In this document: piece after piece, positions 59,318-64,000 of the stretch
Position numbering within the stretch: position 1 is the first letter of the stretch
How the letters are laid out: every line of letters begins with the position of its first letter
Assembly (NCBI GenBank): GCA_963705705.1
Contig: CAVPKK010000007.1
Location: forward strand, 160,001-224,000
Direction of reading: 5' to 3'
DNA length: 64,000 bases
Origin: an uncultured bacterium
Lineage (GTDB): Bacteria > Babelota > Babeliae > Babelales > JABCYS01
Program-made: the position numbers and the translations under genes
Notes under the pieces: model-generated
Told to the model about the DNA's origin: nothing
The model's database searches: none
Seen by the model: only the letters and a program-made list of their open reading frames with translations

Positions 59318-60727
59318 ATGAATCATAAAAGTCCAAGAGTCCGTTTTGCACCTTCACCGACTGGACATCTCCACGTCGGCGGCGCCCGAGCAGCAATTTT
59401 TAATTGGTTATTCGCGCGCCATCATGGCGGCAAATTCCTATTGCGCATCGAAGATACTGATCGCGAACGATCAAAACCAGAATATCTGCATAGTATTTTG
59501 GCTGCGCTAGAATGGTTGGGTTTGGCGAGTGATGAACCGCCAACAATCCAAAGCGAACGACTTGCTGAACATCAACGATTGATTGAAAAATTGCTTTCTG
59601 AAGGCAAAGCTTATCGTTGTTATTGTTCTGCCAAGGAATTAACAGACGAAGCATCGGTTAATAAGTATCCGGGAACCTGTCGTAATTCCGCTCGTCCTGA
59701 GCCCGTCGAAGGATGCGAGCGGAGCGCCATTCGATTCAAATTACCCTTCACCTCCGGGCCCATCACATGGGATGATTTGGTACACGGGCCAATAACGGTC
59801 GATGCAGATCAATTGGATGACTTCATTATCGCCCGGTCTGATGGCACACCGATGTACAATTTCGTGGTGGTTGCCGATGACGCATTCATGCGTATCACAC
59901 ACGTAATTCGTGGTGAAGAACATATTTCCAATACACCAAAACAGATTTTACTGTATCAAGCTTTCGGCTTTTCAATGTCGCAGTTTGCACATATCCCGTT
60001 GATCTTAGGACCATCGGGCAAGAAATTGAGCAAACGCGATAATGCAGTGGCTGTCATTGATTATCAACGCGATGGCTATTTACCTCAAGCATTATTTAAC
60101 TATTTGGTGCGGCTGGGTTGGTCGCATGGCGATCAAGAATTTTTCACGCAACAAGAGTTAATAAATTTATTTACGCTCGAAGATGTACATAAAAAAGGTG
60201 CTATCTTTGATTTGGTAAAATTGGGCTGGGTTAATAGTCAATATATGCATGCGGCCGTCAATGCGACGCTCTACGCTGAGCTAATAAAATATGTAGATCC
60301 TAGCCTGCTACAAAAAATAAAATTTGGTGAACCCCAGATATTGGAACTGATCGGTTTATATAAAAAACGTTGCACTACGCTTAAAGAAGTTCATGCAGAA
60401 ATAATTAATCTCAATGAACCAACGATAGCAAACCCGGCTGAGGTTACGCCATGGCAAAATCCCGAAACCGTTGGCTTACTTGAACAGTTTGTTTCTCGCA
60501 TTGAAACAGCACCTGGGGAATGGGATGTCGCCCGTCTAACTGCAATGGGCAAAGAACTTGTCGCTTCTTCAAACACCAAATTTCCTAATCTGGCACAGCC
60601 AATTCGCATCGCATTAACTGGTAAAACTGCCGCTCCTGGTGTATTTGAGTTATTTGCCGCCATTGGAAAAGATGAAAGCCTGCGACGCATTAAAAAGTTA
60701 ATTGAGCATCTCATTCGTTCAATTTAA
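59318..60727 (+). CDS. gltX: Glutamyl-tRNA synthetase
   Basis: RFAPSPTGHLHVGG, LRIEDTD, THVIRGEEH and KLSKR motifs. Confidence 0.98.
   Translation: MNHKSPRVRFAPSPTGHLHVGGARAAIFNWLFARHHGGKFLLRIEDTDRERSKPEYLHSILAALEWLGLASDEPPTIQSERLAEHQRLIEKLLSEGKAYRCYCSAKELTDEASVNKYPGTCRNSARPEPVEGCERSAIRFKLPFTSGPITWDDLVHGPITVDADQLDDFIIARSDGTPMYNFVVVADDAFMRITHVIRGEEHISNTPKQILLYQAFGFSMSQFAHIPLILGPSGKKLSKRDNAVAVIDYQRDGYLPQALFNYLVRLGWSHGDQEFFTQQELINLFTLEDVHKKGAIFDLVKLGWVNSQYMHAAVNATLYAELIKYVDPSLLQKIKFGEPQILELIGLYKKRCTTLKEVHAEIINLNEPTIANPAEVTPWQNPETVGLLEQFVSRIETAPGEWDVARLTAMGKELVASSNTKFPNLAQPIRIALTGKTAAPGVFELFAAIGKDESLRRIKKLIEHLIRSI
59687..59723 (-). repeat. Palindromic element in frame within gltX
   Basis: tccgctcg-tcctgagcccgtcgaagga-tg-cgagcgga; perfect 8-bp terminal inverted repeat around the family core. 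Confidence 0.85.
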
Positions 60728-60747
60728 AAAGAGCGCCATAGCTCTAA

Positions 60748-61692
60748 TTAAGTTTTTTCAACTTTAAGCATTTCTTGTAACGCCTTCACGTCATTTTCAT
60801 TATTCACGGATACTATTTTTTTCTCCGGATATATTTTACGCAGTTGCGATGAAAGTGCTGAGCCGGGCCCGACTTCGATGATGAGATCGTAGGCTTCTAG
60901 CGCTTTGACGGAGTCAATCCAACGGATAGGCATAGTGATTTGTGCAAATATTTCTTGAGCAGCTTGGTCTTTTGTATTAATTGGATGAGCGTGAGTTGCC
61001 GTTAATAGCGGCGTTGTAAGATCTTTAAAATCCACCTTTTCAGCATAAGTGCGAACCTGAGATTCTACGCCCTGCATTAATGGACTGTGTAAGCCATCAA
61101 TTTGCGGCAATTCGGTAATTTTTTTAGCCCCTGCTGTAGTGAGCTGTTCTTGAATTTGGCTCACGGCATCTTGATGACCACTGATGATATGCTCAAGGGT
61201 TGAAACATATATTGATATAAATGCCTTGTTTTCGGCCGTTGCAAATGGGGCGACTATCTCTTCAATCTTGGCACTATCCAGTCCGGTAACTTTGATTATT
61301 TTGACTGGCAGCTCATTGCGCAGCTCCTGATAAAATCCAACGTATTTTTGGATGAGATAGAGCATATCAGGGAAACTGATGCCACCAGCAGCAAATAAGG
61401 CTGCATATTCGCCAGAATCATGACCGGCCACGATATCAAACGGTTGACTGGTTTGTTCTTTAATAATGGCGTAAATGCTGGTGCTAACCAAAAAGTTGGC
61501 GGCAAGGGCATGTTCTATTTTGCTAATTTCGACGTCGGAGGCTGCAAAGCATAGTTTTACAAAGTTGATATTGAGCACGGTCGATGCCTCTTCGAAATAC
61601 TCTTGCATAATGCGCGAGTTATCGTAGAGGTCTTTGCCCATACCCACAAATTGACTGCCATAGCCAGGAAATAATATAACGATTTTTGTCAT
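60748..61692 (-). CDS. fabD: FabD-like (malonyl-CoA:ACP transacylase fold) with altered active site
   Basis: LFPGYGSQFVGMG, AGHDSGEY, GLHSPLM and IEVGPG motifs; divergent from acpP. Confidence 0.8.
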   Translation of the reverse strand: MTKIVILFPGYGSQFVGMGKDLYDNSRIMQEYFEEASTVLNINFVKLCFAASDVEISKIEHALAANFLVSTSIYAIIKEQTSQPFDIVAGHDSGEYAALFAAGGISFPDMLYLIQKYVGFYQELRNELPVKIIKVTGLDSAKIEEIVAPFATAENKAFISIYVSTLEHIISGHQDAVSQIQEQLTTAGAKKITELPQIDGLHSPLMQGVESQVRTYAEKVDFKDLTTPLLTATHAHPINTKDQAAQEIFAQITMPIRWIDSVKALEAYDLIIEVGPGSALSSQLRKIYPEKKIVSVNNENDVKALQEMLKVEKT

Positions 61693-61794
61693 GACGGCTC
61701 ACCTTCTCCTTTTTCTAGTTTGCATGAACCAGGGTTAATTACGCAAGAGATACTGGTATACTTATCTAAAATTTCTATTGTTCCGGAGAAAATT

Positions 61795-62043
61795 ATGACA
61801 TTTGATCGTCAAGATACCATCGATAAAGTTACTTCCATTATTGCCGCCGAGCTGAAGATCGATAAGAGTGCCGTACAGGAGTCGACCGAGTTTACAAAAC
61901 TAGGTGCCGATTCACTCGATATGGTAGAGATCATTATGCGATTGGAAGAACAGTTCGGTATCGAAATCAGTGATGAGGACGCCGAGAAGCTTACAACTGT
62001 TGGTTCGGTTGTTGACTATATTCAGACCCATCGGACGAAGTAA
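61795..62043 (+). CDS. acpP: Acyl carrier protein
   Basis: LGADSLDMVEIIMRLEEQFGIEISDEDAEK; ggag RBS. Confidence 0.96.
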   Translation: MTFDRQDTIDKVTSIIAAELKIDKSAVQESTEFTKLGADSLDMVEIIMRLEEQFGIEISDEDAEKLTTVGSVVDYIQTHRTK

Positions 62044-62048
62044 CTTAT

Positions 62049-62127
62049 CCGCTCATATCCTTCTGGGCCAAACTCACCCTGAGAGGGAACCCGAGTTCTG
62101 GGGACCCCGAATTCGATCCCTCGAAGG
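62049..62127 (+). repeat. Palindromic element, subtype 2
   Basis: ccgctcatatccttc..ccaaactcaccctgagagggaacccgagttctggggacccc..tcgaagg. Confidence 0.85.
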
Positions 62128-62142
62128 TCTTAAGTACTTTCG

Positions 62143-63237
62143 TTAAAATTCTACGGTTCCTTTTAGCCATAATCCCCAGAAGCTGGGGGTATGCCTACCT
62201 TGCCCGATATCAACTTCTACCCCGATGCCAGCCGTTGCCGGGAACATGCAATCCCAATAATAGCTTACGTTTGACCAAGCCTTATTTGCAAAGATTTGCG
62301 GAGCATCACAAAATTCGCCGCAGTTAAATTTTTCACGATCACGGCCCTTGAACTCATAGCCAAATGACCAATTCACTTGCTTATACATTATATCGGCAAA
62401 TAGAAGTGCATTTAATTGCCAATTGATTTTACTGTTCACATGATGATGCAGTTCAAAATGCTCACCATTGCCCGAAAATACTGGCACAAAATCGTTTACA
62501 TGCTTATCAAAAAGATGGGTAGCATAAAAGCTGCCATAAAATGTAATGGCGGCATCAGAATTTTTTTCATATACACGAATATGGCCCCACATACCGCCGC
62601 CGAACTGCCAGCGATCATACCCAATAAGAGTTTCGGTATAAGGACACGTTTTCGTTAATTTACCTGTAGGCGCAACAAAACGTGCGAAGGCAGAAAGCTG
62701 ACCCTTGTGGCCGCGAAGAAAGGTATATCCAAGTTGGAGCGGTAAATCTGCTACGCCGTTGGCCTTAAAACAACAGCGTTCATGGCGACCGCCAGTAGAA
62801 GTGGTTACCGTAGTATCAAGTTCTAATGAGGTATGCACAAAAGGAATAGTAAAATCGATCCATATAACACCGCCTTTACCCCAATGGGAACGTGATTGGT
62901 TCTTCCAACCTATTTCAGTGTAAAAGTATGGCTCGAGAATGATGTTGTTAATATCGACGTTAAATAGATCATCATCGCGATTAAAACTGTGTTGATATTC
63001 AAATGCTAGATCACTATTAAAGGTAAAGAAAGGTTCTTCGTACCAACCAAAGTTGTCAGGTTCACGCGCTTTATAGGCAATTTCGCCAGCGATGTGGCGT
63101 GCGCTATTTTCGAGCTGCGAAAAGAGAACTAATTTAGGACAGACCAATGGTCCGAATATATCTCCGCATGCGCCGTTTATATGAGCACCCGCGAAGAGGA
63201 ATAACAATGCAAGAAATTTCGATTTACCATTAAACAT
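62143..63237 (-). CDS. Exported protein, putative outer-membrane beta-barrel
   Basis: MFNGKSKFLALLFLFAGAHING signal peptide; aromatic-rich strands; ends FWGLWLKGTVEF. Confidence 0.6.
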   Translation of the reverse strand: MFNGKSKFLALLFLFAGAHINGACGDIFGPLVCPKLVLFSQLENSARHIAGEIAYKAREPDNFGWYEEPFFTFNSDLAFEYQHSFNRDDDLFNVDINNIILEPYFYTEIGWKNQSRSHWGKGGVIWIDFTIPFVHTSLELDTTVTTSTGGRHERCCFKANGVADLPLQLGYTFLRGHKGQLSAFARFVAPTGKLTKTCPYTETLIGYDRWQFGGGMWGHIRVYEKNSDAAITFYGSFYATHLFDKHVNDFVPVFSGNGEHFELHHHVNSKINWQLNALLFADIMYKQVNWSFGYEFKGRDREKFNCGEFCDAPQIFANKAWSNVSYYWDCMFPATAGIGVEVDIGQGRHTPSFWGLWLKGTVEF

Positions 63238-63265
63238 TGTGTGCCTTTCAGCAATGTGCAAAAAA

Positions 63266-63373
63266 ACTTCCCACGCTCTACTGGCCCATGTCACTTTGAA
63301 CGCGCTCATTCTGAGTTTATCGAAGAATCAAAGCGCGAACATAAGCTATGTCGAGAGTCCGCAGGATGAGCGG
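63266..63373 (-). repeat. Palindromic element, long form
   Basis: ttgaacgcgctcattctgagtttatcgaagaatcaaagcgcgaacataagctatgtcg is the reverse complement of the 46826-type unit. Confidence 0.85.
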
Positions 63374-63405
63374 TTTTTTATAAATTTAGATTATCGTCAT
63401 GCACC

Positions 63406-63439
63406 AAAAAAAGAAGGCCCAGCACAATGCCGGGCCTTC
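63406..63439 (-). terminator. Rho-independent terminator
   Basis: Minus strand gaaggcccggca-ttg-tgctgggccttc followed by a T-run. Confidence 0.8.
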
Positions 63440-63500
63440 GTGTACTTGTTGGAAGCTTTGAGCTTCCGATTTCATTGTTTCCTACACTAATATATTAACC

Positions 63501-63575
63501 CGAATCCTTCCGATTCGTTTCCTTCGATACATTTTTGCTTTGCAAAAACACTCAGGACGAACGGGTCTGGATTCG
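63501..63575 (+). repeat. Palindromic element with expanded loop
   Basis: cgaatcc..ttcgtttccttcgatac[tttttgc-ttt-gcaaaaa]cactcaggacgaa..ggattcg. Confidence 0.75.
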
Positions 63576-63623
63576 AAAACATTAATGAGTTAACACAGGC
63601 CAATTACTGACCTAGCGTCTACT

Positions 63624-63998
63624 CTAGTTGTAGGCAACAGCGACTTTGCCCCAGATACCCCAGAAGCGAGGCTGTCTGTTCTTATTACCAAAGTCGACTT
63701 CGAAGCCAAGACCGGCGCCGATTGGATAATCGCGATCCGCCCATGTGTAGTTAAGATGTGACCACACTTTATTTGCAACCGCGCCTGGAATAGCTGCGCG
63801 ATCAAAGTCTAGGAAGCTTCTGAAATTGGTTTCGTTAATAAGTGTCGTGGTTAGGTAAGCAGCGCTGTCTGGCGTTGGAGACGATATTGAATTAATCGTC
63901 GTGCCAAGCTGGCTTGATACTGCTTCACCAATAGCAGGGATACACTGAGAACCCTTGATGCCATACTGATGACCACCAAGTAGGTCATTTACAGATGC
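63624..63998 (-). CDS. C-terminal fragment of a paralogue of the 62143-63237 barrel-like protein (not in ORF track; starts beyond window)
   Basis: Hand translation ends AVANKVWSHLNYTWADRDYPIGAGLGFEVDFGNKNRQPRFWGIWGKVAVAYN*, aligning with FANKAWSNVSYYW..AGIGVEVDIG..PSFWGLWLKGTVEF. Confidence 0.8.
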   Translation of the reverse strand, partial: ASVNDLLGGHQYGIKGSQCIPAIGEAVSSQLGTTINSISSPTPDSAAYLTTTLINETNFRSFLDFDRAAIPGAVANKVWSHLNYTWADRDYPIGAGLGFEVDFGNKNRQPRFWGIWGKVAVAYN

Positions 63999-64000
63999 GC

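Noticed and set aside
63590..63805. 71-aa minus-strand ORF from the track
   Set aside because: Wrong frame; the overlapping frame ending at 63624 is the one homologous to the neighbouring gene

Overview
A 64-kb bacterial chromosomal segment. Gene style (short EF-Ts, many signal-peptide orphans, LRR/SEL1/ankyrin-like proteins) suggests an intracellular parasite of protists such as Ca. Dependentiae/TM6; this is an inference only. Housekeeping genes include lepA, grpE, ssb, pgsA, mnmA, argS, tsf, frr (frameshifted), tRNA-Lys, tRNA-Leu, tig, trxB, rpmH, tolQRAB-like, gyrA, dprA, rpmF, gltX, fabD-like and acpP. Two things stand out. (1) A 25-kb array (13.6-38.7 kb) of 12 co-oriented paralogues of about 640-720 aa. 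Their layout is Sec-type signal peptide, poly-Ser, KRK NLS-like segment, F-box-like motif, a conserved unknown domain, coiled coil and a variable TPR-like C-terminus. They fall into four subfamilies ordered A A B B A B C D C D C D, follow a secreted SEL1-like gene, and have a distant F-box-less relative at 50.9-52.3 kb. This looks like a secreted, host-nucleus-directed SCF-hijacking effector battery. (2) A family of about 14 short palindromic, partly nested DNA elements (core CCTTCGA..CTCAGGA). Four copies sit in frame inside conserved genes (trxB, gltX, mnmA, tolA), reminiscent of Rickettsia palindromic elements. All comparisons were made by eye; no database search was run.
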